Assembly: GCF_006345805.1 (NCBI RefSeq)
Contig: NC_043019.1
Location: forward strand, 32,425,360 to 32,489,359
Direction: 5' to 3'
Length of the DNA stretch: 64,000 nucleotides
DNA from: Octopus sinensis
Lineage: Eukaryota
Shown: positions 1 through 10,317 of the stretch, one piece after another
Numbering within the stretch: the first letter of the stretch is position 1
How the letters are laid out: each line of letters begins with the position of its first letter
Notes under the pieces: model-generated
Told to the model about the DNA's origin: nothing
Database searches by the model: none
The model's input: only the letters and a program-made list of their open reading frames with translations
Program-made: the position numbers and the translations under genes

Positions 1-81
1 GGGCTTCGTATAATTGTACCCCAATGTCACTTTGATGACATGGGCTGCTCTCTCACACAATAAGAATAATAATAATTTGCC

Positions 82-230
82 AAACTAAGTAAATATAAGG
101 ACCTGGAAATTGAAATACAAAAGATGTAGCATCTTAAAATAAGAACTGTTCCTGCTATTGTAGGTGCTCTAGGTATGATAAAAAAAGGGATGTCAGAAAT
201 ATCTAGATAACATCCAAGGAGAACCATGTA
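82..230 (+). mobile_element. R4/Dong-like non-LTR retrotransposon remnant (C-terminal restriction-like endonuclease region), decayed
   Basis: Translates as KLSKYKDLEIEIQKM*HLKIRTVPAIVGALGMIKKG, then after a frameshift CQKYLDNIQGEP. This is the K..KY.DL...IVGALG signature. It abuts a (TAA)n tract at 61-76. Confidence 0.8.
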
Positions 231-247
231 TTAAGTTGTAGACCAAG

Positions 248-700
248 GTAGTGAGCTGGCAGAGAACCGTTAGCAGGCCAGGCAAAATGCTTAATGGCAT
301 TTCATCTGTCTCTATGTTCTGAGTTCAAACTCCACCAAGGTCAACTTCACCTTTCAGAGTTGGTAAAATAGGTACCAGTTGAGCACTGGGGTCAATGTTA
401 TCGACCAGTCCCATCCCACTAAATTTCAGGTCTTGTGCCTATAGTAAAAAGGATTATTAAGGTGGAAGACCTTTTAGAACTGTTAGCGTGTCATGTCAAG
501 TGCTTAGCAGCATTTTGTCCATCATTACATTCTGAGTTCAAATTCCGCTGGGGTCAACATTGTTTTTTCATCCTTTCAGGGGGGATGATGAAATAAGTAC
601 TAATTAAACGCTAGGGGTGAGGTTTCAAGCTGGTGTAATCGGCTTACTCCACCGCCACGAACTTGCTGGCTTTGCGCCAAAATTTGAAACCGAAACATTG
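248..700 (+). mobile_element. Two adjacent degenerate copies of a tRNA-derived SINE (GGCGAGCTGGCAGAATCGTTAGC head, GTCGACTTTGCCTTTCATCCTTTC core)
   Basis: Matches the better-preserved minus-strand copy at 47416-47646; B-box-like GAGTTCAAA(C/T)TCC in both copies. Confidence 0.75.
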
Positions 701-850
701 CTAAATTGGCAGAACTTTTGGACAAAATGCTTTTTAGGTATTTCTTCCAGTTCTTCTCTTTCTAGGTTCAAACCCCATTCATGTTGAGTGTTTTCTTTTA
801 TCCTGGGGGGGGGGGGGGCGCTGACAAAACAATGTGTATGATTCACTTAC

Positions 851-879
851 TGCGGGTCATCTGGTACATCAAGAAACTC
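851..879 (-). CDS. Putative 29-nt internal exon of an unidentified gene (EFLDVPDDP+2 nt)
   Basis: Minus strand reads ...caacatag|GAGTTTCTTGATGTACCAGATGACCCGCA|gtaagt, with canonical acceptor and consensus donor. Its phase-0 start fits the exon at 8394-8447. Confidence 0.55.
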
Positions 880-1279
880 CTATGTTGGTAATATTGACAT
901 TGGTGGTGGTGGTGGTATTGACAGTGGTAGTGGCATTGATGCCGGTGGTGGTGGAGGCGGTGGTAGTTGTGGTGATGGCAGTGTAGGTATAGATGCCAGG
1001 GACAGTGTTGCTTGTGGTGGTGGAGGTGATAGTTCCAGGGTTTGGCATTTTTATTTAGAGGCGGATGGTGGTGTTGGTGGTAGTAGTTGTGACAGTGGTG
1101 GTGGTGGTTGTAAACATTCCACTCACACCCCTCACCTCACTTCAACCCTTCTTCCCCCTCTCCCCACCCCCACTCATCCAAGAAAACAAATATTTACCAA
1201 AGCATTAAGTAAATGGACTGAAACTGAATTGTTTAGAAATTAGAAAATATTGGACAAGGAGAGGGTGGGGAGGTAGAGG

Positions 1280-1715
1280 CGGTGGCAGCAGCAATGGTGG
1301 TGGTGGCTGTGGTGGTGGTGACAGTCTTGGTTGTGGTTGAGGTGGAGACAGTAGTGATAGTTGTCATGGTTGTAGTTAAGGTGGTAGTGGTGATGGCTGT
1401 GATTGAGGTGGTAGTGCTAGTGGTCATGCCTGTAGTGATAGTTATGATTGAACTGGCAGTGGTGGTGGTTGTGATTGAGGTGGTAGTGGTGAATGCCATG
1501 GTGATCGTTGTGATTGTGGTGGTTGTGGTAGTGGTGATAGCTTTGGTGATAGTTGTGGTGGTTGTGATTGAGGTGGTAGTGGTGAATGCCATTGTGATCG
1601 TTGTGATTGAAGTGGTGGCTGTGGTTGAGGTGGTAGTGGTGATGCCTGTAGTGATAGTTGTGACTGAACTGGTGGTGGTGGTGGTGGTGATGGTGGTGGT
1701 GCTGCTGTCGGTGGA
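1280..1715. repeat. Degenerate (GGT/GTG)n trinucleotide array with higher-order repetition
   Basis: The motif GTGATTGAGGTGGTAGTGGTGA recurs; the overlapping poly-T/V/H/P ORFs are artefacts. Confidence 0.9.
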
Positions 1716-1761
1716 TAGTCCACAGTTTTTCTTTAAACTTGGCCACAAGAGAGTTTAGCAG

Positions 1762-1900
1762 GGATGGCTGTGTGGTTAAGAAGCTCACTTTTGCAGCCAT
1801 GTGGTTTTGGGTTCAGTCCCACTGCATGACACTCTGGATAAGTGCCAGCTGTTATAGCCCCAGGTTGACAAATGCCTTGTGAATGAATTCGATTGACGCA
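1762..1900 (+). mobile_element. SINE 5' fragment (GGCTGTGTGGTAAG...GGTTCAGTCCCACTG head family)
   Basis: Same head as copies at 38596, 48025-48425 (minus), 54786 and 58889. Confidence 0.75.
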
Positions 1901-1924
1901 AGAGTGGTTGACTTGACTTGACAG

Positions 1925-2250
1925 CATTCAAGAGGCTAGTATGCTCCACTGGATGTGTAAAGTGTACATGTTTCACAGAGTGCCAGTATTCTGAGAGAGA
2001 AGTTAGGCATAAAAGGTTTGGATTGCTGTGTGCAAGAGAGAAGACTGCACTGGGTTGGTCATGTAATGCGGATGGATGTTGACAGCACCATAAAGAAGTG
2101 CCGATCTCTCTAAGTAGATGGAGCACGTAGAAGGTGGGGACCCAGGAAGATATGGGATGAAGTATTACAGAATACCCTCAGGACGCTGAACCTTTCAGGC
2201 GAGATGACAAAGAACCGAAATACCTGGCGTTTTGCTGTACTCAAAACCAA
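1925..2250 (+). mobile_element. RTE-clade LINE 3' fragment (ORF C-terminus), decayed
   Basis: Reads LREKLGIKGLDCCVQERRLHWVGHVMRMD...PRKIWDEVLQNTLRTLNLSGEMTKNRNTWRFAV, the RRLRWxGHVxRM / RPRKTW / DR..WR pattern of RTE elements; contains an in-frame stop. Confidence 0.85.
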
Positions 2251-2419
2251 TATTTCACAGCAGTGTTGAAGCCGGTTCTTCTGGTGGTGAAAAGCGCTCG
2301 TGGCAGTGCTACATAAAAGTGTTTGTGTGGTGCCACATGAAAGTGTTGATGCAGTGCCATGTAAAAGCCTAATTCCTTCTACATAGACATACATATATAT
2401 ACATACATATATATATGTA

Positions 2420-2582
2420 TGGAGTGGTTGGCGTTAGGAAGGGCATCCAGCTGTAGAAACATTGCCAGATTAGACTGGAGCCTGGTGCAGCCTTCTGGCT
2501 TCCCAGAACCCCGGTCGAACCGTCCAACCCATGCTAGCATGGAGAACGGACGTTTAAACGACGATGATGATGATGATGATGA
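2420..2582 (+). mobile_element. Short retroposon 3' segment (GTTGGCGTTAGGAAGGGCATCCAGCTGTAGAA...CCATGCTAGCATGG...(GAT)n tail)
   Basis: Many copies in the window (e.g. 4000-4170, 5790-6103, 27530-27750, 39808-40060, 57040-57310, 61210-61400); ends in (GAT)n. Confidence 0.8.
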
Positions 2583-2770
2583 AAGTTAATCCAAACATGA
2601 AAACACAACGCGAGGATGTGGAACAAGTATAGTGTTATTGGACGCTCAGGAAAGGAAAGAAAGAAGGAGGGTTTAATGATTCAAGCGGAGCTCTTCGTCA
2701 GAAACATAGGAAAAGGAAAGATCCAATGAAAGGAAGACAGAGGAAAAAAAATCGCCAACGGTACACACAC
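2582..2770 (-). mobile_element. Short Penelope-like (pseudo-LTR-type) element with a degenerate hammerhead motif at 2671-2705
   Basis: Minus strand: GUUU-CUGACGA-A-GAGC-UCC-GCUU-GAAU-CA-UU-AAAC (GAAA box mutated). A truncated relative lies at 38796-38885. Confidence 0.55.
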
Positions 2771-2809
2771 GCTCACATATATATATATGCACATACATAC
2801 ATGCATACA

Positions 2810-3369
2810 TATACATGTATGTATATATATACACACATATTTACAGTTATATATATATATATATACACACACACATATTTACAGTTATATATATATATAT
2901 ATATACACACACACATATTTACAGTTATATATATATATATGTATATATACACACACATATTTACAGTTATATATATATATATATATGTATATACACACAC
3001 ATATTTACAGTTATATATATATATATATGTATATATACACACACATATTTACAGTTATATATATATATTATATGTATATATACACACACATATTTACAGT
3101 TATATATATATATATATGTATATATACACACACATATTTACAGTTATATATATATATATATATGTATATATACACACACATATTTACAGTTATATATATA
3201 TATATATGTATATATACACACACATATTTACAGTTATATATATAATATATATGTATATATACACACACATATTTACAGTTATATATATATATATATATGT
3301 ATATATACACACACATACATATTTATATGTATATATATATATTATATGTATATACACACACATACATAT

Positions 3370-3408
<39 letters not shown>

Positions 3409-3415
3409 TACATAT

Positions 3416-3486
<71 letters not shown>

Positions 3487-3500
3487 TACATATTTACAGT
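2810..3500. repeat. Minisatellite of ~35-42 bp: (TA)n-TGTATATATA-(CA)n-TATTTACAGT
   Basis: The anchor CATATTTACAGTTA recurs more than 12 times with variable TA length. Confidence 0.95.
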
Positions 3501-4359
3501 TATATATATACATTCATATGCATATTTATAAATATATTCCTACATGAATGTACATGTATGTTTAAATATGTATGTATGTATACACACACACGCACACGCA
3601 TATTCAGAGAGAGAGCAAGAGAGAGTCACACAGACAGAAATTTATCATGTGTGCGTATACCACACTCATACAAAGACAATCATCCTCGTCTGTCTGTCTG
3701 TTTGCATGTGTGCATACGTGTGTGCATGTGTAAATAACTGCTCTCCTCAACTGCAAATCGAAACAGCAGATGGTTTTATTTGTTCCAGCTGACTGTACAT
3801 AATGTTAACATTATAAACCCCAGCTCGTCCCCCTGCCTCTCCCCTTCTAAACCACATCTTGTTGTTGTTAGGGTGTTTGAGATGGTGCTAGAAGGTGGGA
3901 ATTTTTTTATTTACAATTCTTGCATTGTTATTAAACAGACGTTGCACTCCACAGATATCTGTCATCATTTTTCTATCTCGGTTTCTCTCCATCATCATCA
4001 TCGCTTAATGTCTGTTTTTCCATGCTGGCATGGGTTGGACGGTTTCACAGGAACTGTCCAGTCTCCAATTGTCTGTTGTGGCATGATTTCTATGACTGGA
4101 TACCCTTCCTGAGGCCAACCACATTACAGAGTGTACTGGGTGTTTTTTTACGCACCACTGGCAGGAGTGCATTCTATGCAGCCCCAGCACCTGTATAGTA
4201 CAAGCCTGTGTATATACATGCATGTCTGTATCCCATATATACATATGTGTGTGTGTGTGCGTCCGTGCGTACATATCTGTCTGTCTTTCTGTGTATATAC
4301 AATAGTACCTTGGTTTCTGAACAACTCTGAACGCAAATAAATCATGCTTTATATATCTA

Positions 4360-4550
4360 GGGAGAGTTTACGAAAAAAACAAAAGACGAAGACAGATGGT
4401 GTACAAAACAAACAGATGTATTAGTATAATGCTCAGGAATAGAAAAAGTCTTTTATGTTTCGAGCCTACGCTCTTCTACAGAAAGGGACACAGAAAAAAC
4501 AAGGAGAGAAAAAATGTGTGTAGTGGCTAATGATCTATCATGGCGACCAT
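4360..4550 (-). mobile_element. Short Penelope-like element, copy 1, with a hammerhead-like motif (A6U core) at 4450-4485
   Basis: About 190 bp, near-identical to 26608-26800 and flanked by TA repeats. Minus strand: CUUU-CUGUAGA-A-GAGC-GUAG-GCUC-GAAA-CA-UA-AAAG. Confidence 0.65.
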
Positions 4551-4653
4551 GCTTTATATATATATATATATATGTATATATATGTATGTATGTTTATAGT
4601 CAATAAAACATATATCAGAAAAGAAACACACTCTAAAGAATCTAGCAGTAATT

Positions 4654-4953
4654 ATTACAACAAAGAATTAAATTCTGGTTGTAGAGTTACCAAAGGCTTC
4701 ATATCCACAAAAGCCACAGCCTTGTGGTCAGCTCGTCAGACTCTATACGAGGACAAAATTTAACTATCTCATGGACATGAGGACACATTAAGATAACAAG
4801 GTTTAACAGCTAAAGTATAAAAACGTCCATGAGGTAAAAAGTTAAATTTTGTCTTTGTATCGAGTCTGATAAGCTGTCCACAAGGCTTTTGGCTTTCGTG
4901 TATACAAGAACCATTAGTAAGTCTATGATCAGAATTTAACTTTTTGTTGTAAT
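4654..4953. mobile_element. Foldback/MITE-like element with ~125-bp imperfect inverted arms
   Basis: Arm 4654-4776 (ATTACAACAAAGAATTAAATTCTG...CTCATGGAC) is the reverse complement of arm 4825-4953 (GTCCATGAG...CAGAATTTAACTTTTTGTTGTAAT). Confidence 0.7.
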
Positions 4954-5139
4954 TTATATATATATATATATATATAAAACTCCTACTCCTTAACTCCTCA
5001 ACTAGTTTCAGCTTGAAAGCTGCGGCCATGCTGGGGCATCACTGTTGGCTTTGCTGCACCATTATTTGAAACCTCCTCTTATATGTGGCATTTGGTGAAT
5101 GACGGAGTTTGCTGTCGCTACCCCCATCTGTGTTTCCTG

Positions 5140-7250
5140 TCATAATGTAGGCTCATCTGGAACCCTTGATAGGAGATTCAGTTTTGTTTTGAAGATACTT
5201 GCATCCACACCATGCAAGTCTCTCGGGCATTTTGGAAGGATACTGAAGAGCTGTGGGCCCTTGAAGCTCAAGCTGTTACAGCATCTGGTCCCAGATTTTG
5301 ATGGCAATGTTGGGATCTATGGCAATGTGCAACAGCACCCTATTCTGCTGTGTTGTGTAATTCTCAATGCCAAAGTTTTGGTACAAGGCCTTCTAGGATT
5401 TTCCAGATGTATAGCACTGCATATTTTTCCTGCCTTCATTCTAGGGAGTAGAGTCTTAACTTTCTCAGTTTTTCCCCAGTAGCTAACACATTGCATTGAG
5501 ATGACCTTTTTTATGTAGCTTTGCTGGATTGCTTTGAGGTTGACTGTTAATTTTATACTGTGTGGGAACCATAGTTGAGAGCAGAAGTCTAAGTGGCTGG
5601 GGACATAGGTCCTCCAAAGGACCAACCTGGTTTCCTGTTCCTCATTCTGAAAGTTCAGCAGATCCATCCAACTGGCTCTCTGCACTTTATTGCCAAATTA
5701 GTAATATGCACCTGAAAAGATGCATCATTTCTCATATGAAAGCCCAGATCGTGCACTGATTTTAAATGGAAATTATAGTTAAGATACCCATGCCGGCGAG
5801 ACGTAAAAGCACCGTTCAAGTGTGGCAGTTACTAGCGTCACCTGACTGGCGTCCGTGTCGGTGACACGTAAAAGCACCAACCGATCGTGGCCATTTGCCA
5901 GCTTGCTCTGGTTCCTCTGCTGGTGGCACGTAAAAAACACCCACTACACTCACGGAGGGGTTGGCATTAGGAAGGGCATCCAGCTGTAGAAACACTGCCA
6001 AATCAGACTGGAGCTTGGTGCAGCCTCCATGGCTTACCAGACCCCGGTCGAACCGTCCAACCCATGCTAGCATGGAAAACGGACGTTAAATGATGATGAT
6101 GATTGCAGTCCTTCCTGGCAGTGTATTTTGTCAACATTTCATTTAGCTTTGTGTGCTGGTAGCTCAGGGATTGGAATTTTCTAGCATTGAACTCCATGAT
6201 ATTGCCCTCAGCCCACCTGTGTATTGCATTCAACTCCCATTGCAGATGCACAATGTATGTCTCTAGGATTCCGTATCCTCTGAGAAACTTTTGTGTCATC
6301 TGCACAGCTAGTGAGGATGGTTATCTGAGCAGCTGAGGGAATGTCTGAGAGGGCCACTATGAATAGCAGTGGCTCCAAGACAGCACCCTGTGGAACACCA
6401 CTTTGGCTCCTTTGGGCCACCACTAACTGACTTCTATCTTTTAGAAAGTCATGTAGCCATTCACCAAGTTTTCCAACTATGCCGAGATCACGCAGTCAGT
6501 GACATGTCATATCATATATATCATGGTCGACTGTCAAATGCTTTTGTGAAGTCAAGATATATCACATCTACATTTGAGTTGTTGAGCAGCTGTTTTAACA
6601 CCCTGTCATAGTGCTGCAAGAGCTATGTCAGGTAGCTCCTACTTGGTCAAAAACCATGCTGTGTGTCAGTCAGCATGTCATTCTCCTCAAAGAACACACT
6701 AGTTTTCTGCAGACTATTCATTCCACAACTAAGCTGATGTGTGCAGTCAAGAGAGATTGGCCTATAATCTTTAGCATCTGCTCCGCTTCTTCCTTTGTGG
6801 ATAGGGCATATTACTCCCTCCTTCAACTTTGCCTGGGAGCTTACCATTTGCAAGGGAGATCTGGAAAAGAAGCTGCAGTGGGTTTGCAAGGGTCTATTTG
6901 CATGATTTGAGAAGGATTGTCGGGAATCCTTCAGGGCCAGCAGCTGAGCTTTCATCCACTGTTGTTGTAATCAATTATTACCTCTTTGGTTACAGGTGAA
7001 ACAGCAAAGGAATCTGCCAGTTTGTTCACTTGCCTGCGTCCCAAAGGAGTAGTGAACATACTCTGGAACTGTTCGTTCAGTTTTCCACTTATCCTCATTG
7101 AATTTCTTGTGAGGGAGCCATTCTTTTTGAAGAGAGGTCCTATCTTGTAGCATAAGGGCGGCCGTTTCTTTGACAAAGTTAAAGAAAGCTTTAAGGTCTG
7201 ACCTAATCCTTTTTGTAACCCAGGCCTTCCCTATCTGCTCTATTTTGGTA
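5140..7250 (-). mobile_element. CR1-clade LINE ORF2 (reverse transcriptase) pseudogene, 5'-truncated and interrupted
   Basis: Motifs VICPIHKG..DYRPISL, QHGF, DVIYLDFTKAFD, SGVPQGAVLEPLLF, CADDTK (YADD decayed), LDFCSQLW.P, FKGPQLF. Many stops and frameshifts; a retroposon is inserted at ~5790-6103. Confidence 0.9.
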
Positions 7251-7360
7251 ATTATTGACATGAAATTCGTTTTGCGTCGTAAATCAATAACTAAAGAGTT
7301 AATAGCCTTTAAAGTTTGCAAATTTTGGTCAATCGAAAGCCACTGACATATAGGTACGTT

Positions 7361-7374
7361 GTTTCCATAGTAAC
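7361..7374. promoter_or_regulatory. RFX X-box motif candidate
   Basis: GTTTCCATAGTAAC matches the GTHNYY-AT-RRNAAC consensus exactly and lies in CpG-containing unique sequence. Confidence 0.45.
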
Positions 7375-7437
7375 AGGAGAAGCGTCGACACTTATCCTGA
7401 ACAAAAACACTAGTGTTTACGAACTATTTCCAGTTTC

Positions 7438-7846
7438 AGATCTTTTCAGTTTGAACGGCAGTTCTTTCTAGCGGTATCATATGAAATTGTCACCCATAAT
7501 TATAACCCTAGTATCGACCTATTGCATTTAAATCTCTTTTAGGGTTAGGGGTGGGGGGAAGGGTATCTTTTTTTCTTCACAAATGTAAATAAACCCAATC
7601 TGTTTCTTAAACGAGGAACATATTTATACGGCACAGAATGTTTTCACCTCAATAGACGTCATTGATTGGTTGAAATTGCAGAAATTGAAGAAAAAACACA
7701 ACATATCTTACAAAGTATAGACTTTTCTGAATAAAGCCAAGAGAAAAAGATGTTTTATAAACACATTCTACCAGTATACGAAGTTTAAAAGTGTTTAGTT
7801 ACGTGGAAATTATTTTTAAAAACTGCCGTTCAAACCGAAAAGATCC
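7438..7846. mobile_element. Non-autonomous DNA transposon (MITE) with ~25-bp TIRs and 8-bp TSD; Merlin-like candidate
   Basis: TIRs (A/G)GATCTTTTC(A/G)GTTTGAACGGCAGTT ... AACTGCCGTTCAAACCGAAAAGATCC. Flanks are CCAGTTTC (7430-7437) and CCAGGTTC (7847-7854). Internal TTAGGGTTAGGG. Confidence 0.8.
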
Positions 7847-7928
7847 CCAGGTTCTTTTTGTCTGCTCTTAAAACTACAAAATGTGTTGTTTTTTTTTCAC
7901 TATCACGAGAGCGCAAAGCACTCCTTAC

Positions 7929-7965
7929 CATCGGAGGTCCGCATGTGACATCTCGTTTTATCTAG
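7929..7965 (-). other. Candidate alternative first exon ending ATG|gtaagg (5' boundary unknown)
   Basis: Minus strand ...GACCTCCGATG|GTAAGG is a strong donor, downstream of a CpG-rich stretch with ETS and CRE motifs. The phase-0 ATG would join exon 851-879 as MEFLDVPDDP. Confidence 0.35.
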
Positions 7966-8114
7966 CCGTTTTAATTATACAGATAACAGTGTGTGTTCTA
8001 TATCCGTTTACTTAACTTTTCACTGCGTTAACGGAGCAAAAATTAAGAAAAAGCGAAAGAATTGTTTATATTGACAAAGGAAATCTCCGTTTCTGTGCAA
8101 CTACGCAGCCGTCT

Positions 8115-8138
8115 ACCGGAAATGACAAAGTGACGTCA
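8115..8138. promoter_or_regulatory. ETS (ACCGGAAAT) plus CRE (TGACGTCA) motif pair, candidate promoter
   Basis: Both motifs lie within 24 bp in CpG-retaining unique DNA about 190 bp upstream of the 7929 donor. Confidence 0.45.
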
Positions 8139-8393
8139 GAAAATAACCCGAAAATTAAAGGTTATACAATACGACAATACTATTCTTATAGAGAAACCGG
8201 GGCAATTATTTAAGATTTATAGAAAGAAAGACTCGACTGTCTTGTGAACTTCAGAAGCCACTTCCTAATAAATGCATATTAGTTAAAAGTTCTATAAAAT
8301 AATGTTTATATTTCACGATTTTTATAGCCTTGTAAATGCACATATGCTCCTATCACTGTCCCGACAAGATATTTTTGGCACCCCAGCACTTAC

Positions 8394-8447
8394 TGTTCTA
8401 GTAGTTTCTGCCTTTTTAAGTGAACCACTTCGGTTTCTCAGAATTCC
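8394..8447 (-). CDS. Putative 54-nt exon of an unidentified gene (GILRNRSGSLKKAETTRT)
   Basis: ttattttcag|GGAATTCTG...ACTAGAACA|gtaagt. Only frame 0 is open and the length is a multiple of 3. Confidence 0.6.
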
Positions 8448-8610
8448 CTGAAAATAACGGACGAATTTTCACGGAGTCCCAGATACAGAACCTGTGTGTT
8501 TTTATGGGGGGGGGGACTCCAGGTGCAGTAAATTTAACAACTACGAGCAATCAGTGGATATCGATTTATCTTATATTATCAGGCGGGGTTCCACAACTGA
8601 CACATTAACC

Positions 8611-9000
8611 CAGTGGTTTTCAACCATTTTTTTTTTTATCTATGGACCCCTTTTCATCACTCGTCTACTCTGGTGGACCCCGTAGCCATTCAATGTTCAT
8701 AAACTAGTTTTATAGATAATTATTTCGAAACTCCTATTTTGGTTTCCATACATTAACTCGCGTAGGCTGAACTATGTATATTGCCAGGGCAACAAAAAAA
8801 TCAAGTTCGCTCTTGTAGTAAATACATCTAAAGTAAAAAAATTTCAGGGACACCTAAAATACAACTATAAAGCTCGTGTGGGTCCCGCCCCCATCTTATA
8901 TGGACCCTTAAGGATATATGATACCAATAAATCTTATATGGACCCTAAAGGATATATGATATCAATAAATCTTATATGAACCCATTGCATTAACCCCCCA
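8611..9000 (+). mobile_element. hAT-like MITE remnant with an internal ~38-bp tandem repeat (8893-8985)
   Basis: Starts CAGTGGTTTTCAAC (hAT/Charlie-type terminus); ATGGACCC motifs repeat. The right terminus was not seen. Confidence 0.5.
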
Positions 9001-9765
9001 AACATGTAATATTTTCAATTCTTTGCCTGTCGTTTGTCGTCCCTCACAACTGACGATGTTGTTCGTTGGATTTGTCACCATTCCCACTGCCAACCCATGT
9101 CATATTAATTAATAACACTTTTATCAAATCTGATGTTCTTAAAACAGCTGAATTTGAACAGCAAAGATTAAACGGTTTATTTATTATATGACTTGAAATT
9201 ATTAGCAATTAAAATTCTACACTACTGGTTTCATGGACAGTTTCCTGGCCCCAATGTGTGGCTAAAGACCATAGAAAAAAGGAGCAGGAAAAGTGCACCA
9301 TTGAGACATCAGATAAGATATATGTTTAACTAGTTATATGATGGTGTCTGCTTGCCACGTTGGACCACACAGCTTTGCTGCATTTTTCTTGTTTAGCATT
9401 AAAACATAATGAATGATAAAAACTACAAAATATGCGTTGCTTACTAATTTTTTTGGCCATTTTTTCGCCAATTAAATGCTCAAAACACGTGCTATAGTCA
9501 CGATGTTTTGCCGTTTTAGGATTGTAGCCATGCACTCGCAATGGTAGCTTCCAAATTTTATTTTTTGAGTGGGTAAAAATTATTAAACTTTAAACCTCTG
9601 TAACTATAAACAGAAAATTTCCTGGAACAAATAATGAATTAGGCCCCGAGATTCAGCGTGAAAAAAATGATATCAATAAATCCAAATTTTAAAATTTTCG
9701 CTTAATTTTAAAATTTCAAAAAGTCCAACTAAACAGGAAAGATCTTAAACTTGGGTTTTTCTTAC

Positions 9766-9781
9766 CTTGCCTTGCGTCTGG
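9766..9781 (-). CDS. Putative 16-nt micro-exon (1 nt+QTQGK); alternative acceptor gives 12 nt (9766-9777)
   Basis: ctattttgtttttatccag|CCAGACGCAAGGCAAG|gtaaga has a pyrimidine tract and strong donor. It ends in phase 0, in register with exon 8394-8447. Confidence 0.5.
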
Positions 9782-9829
9782 CTGGATAAAAACAAAATAG
9801 ATTATAATTCTCCACTTTCGTAGGCCGAG

Positions 9830-10100
9830 GTGCTGCAGACTTCCTTTTCCTAGCTCGAGCCCACGGGGTTAGACCGAGGGGACGGTATGACAATATTCCT
9901 GTTCCGGTGGTGGTAGGCCCTTCATCTGGGAATTCCACATGTGGTGGCAACTCGGAGTTGTCAGCTATCAGTCCAGGCTCAGCTGCTTGTCAAGCTGAGA
10001 CAAGAAAGACAAACTGCCAAAAGTATGGTTCGCTCTCCGACAGGTTTATGGTCGAACCTGTGGTAGTTGAGACTTCCAGTGTCCTTAGCCACCAGACCAT
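9830..10100 (+). mobile_element. CRE-like non-LTR retrotransposon remnant (restriction-like endonuclease domain)
   Basis: Across frameshifts: LEPTGLDRGDGMTIFLFR / GRPFIWEF / SAISPGSAACQAETRK..QKYGSLSDRFMVEPVVVETSSVL. This is the EP..L.R.DG(KRPDG)..WD..A..AE..K..KY..L..F.P.AVET pattern. Confidence 0.75.
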
Positions 10101-10317
10101 ATCTCCACGAATCAAAATGACTGTTCCAATGCGTCTTCCTTGTTATCCTTGGGGACAACGCCTTTTCCATTTTGTCTGTTGGTGCCATGAGAAATTTTGA
10201 ACTATGATGGAAGCAAAGTGGCCTTTATTTCATTTCTTCCGACATTTCATCCTTTTATTCTGTATAAACGACCGTTTATACTCTTCCATTTCACTATTTT
10301 CTATCTTACGTGCATAC

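Noticed and set aside
7539-7560. TTAGGGTTAGGG as a telomere or fusion site
   Set aside because: Only two units, and it is an internal part of a MITE that recurs at 10788-11400.
8394-9781. Calling the micro-exon gene protein phosphatase inhibitor-2 because of KGILRN
   Set aside because: The next exon (EFLDVPDDP) does not show the expected KWDE.NI...HP motif; a 5-residue match is not enough for a gene symbol.
9762-10200. ORFs 9762-9950(-), 9907-10200(+) and 9979-10188(-) as host genes
   Set aside because: They are explained by a frameshifted CRE-like retrotransposon fragment on the plus strand.
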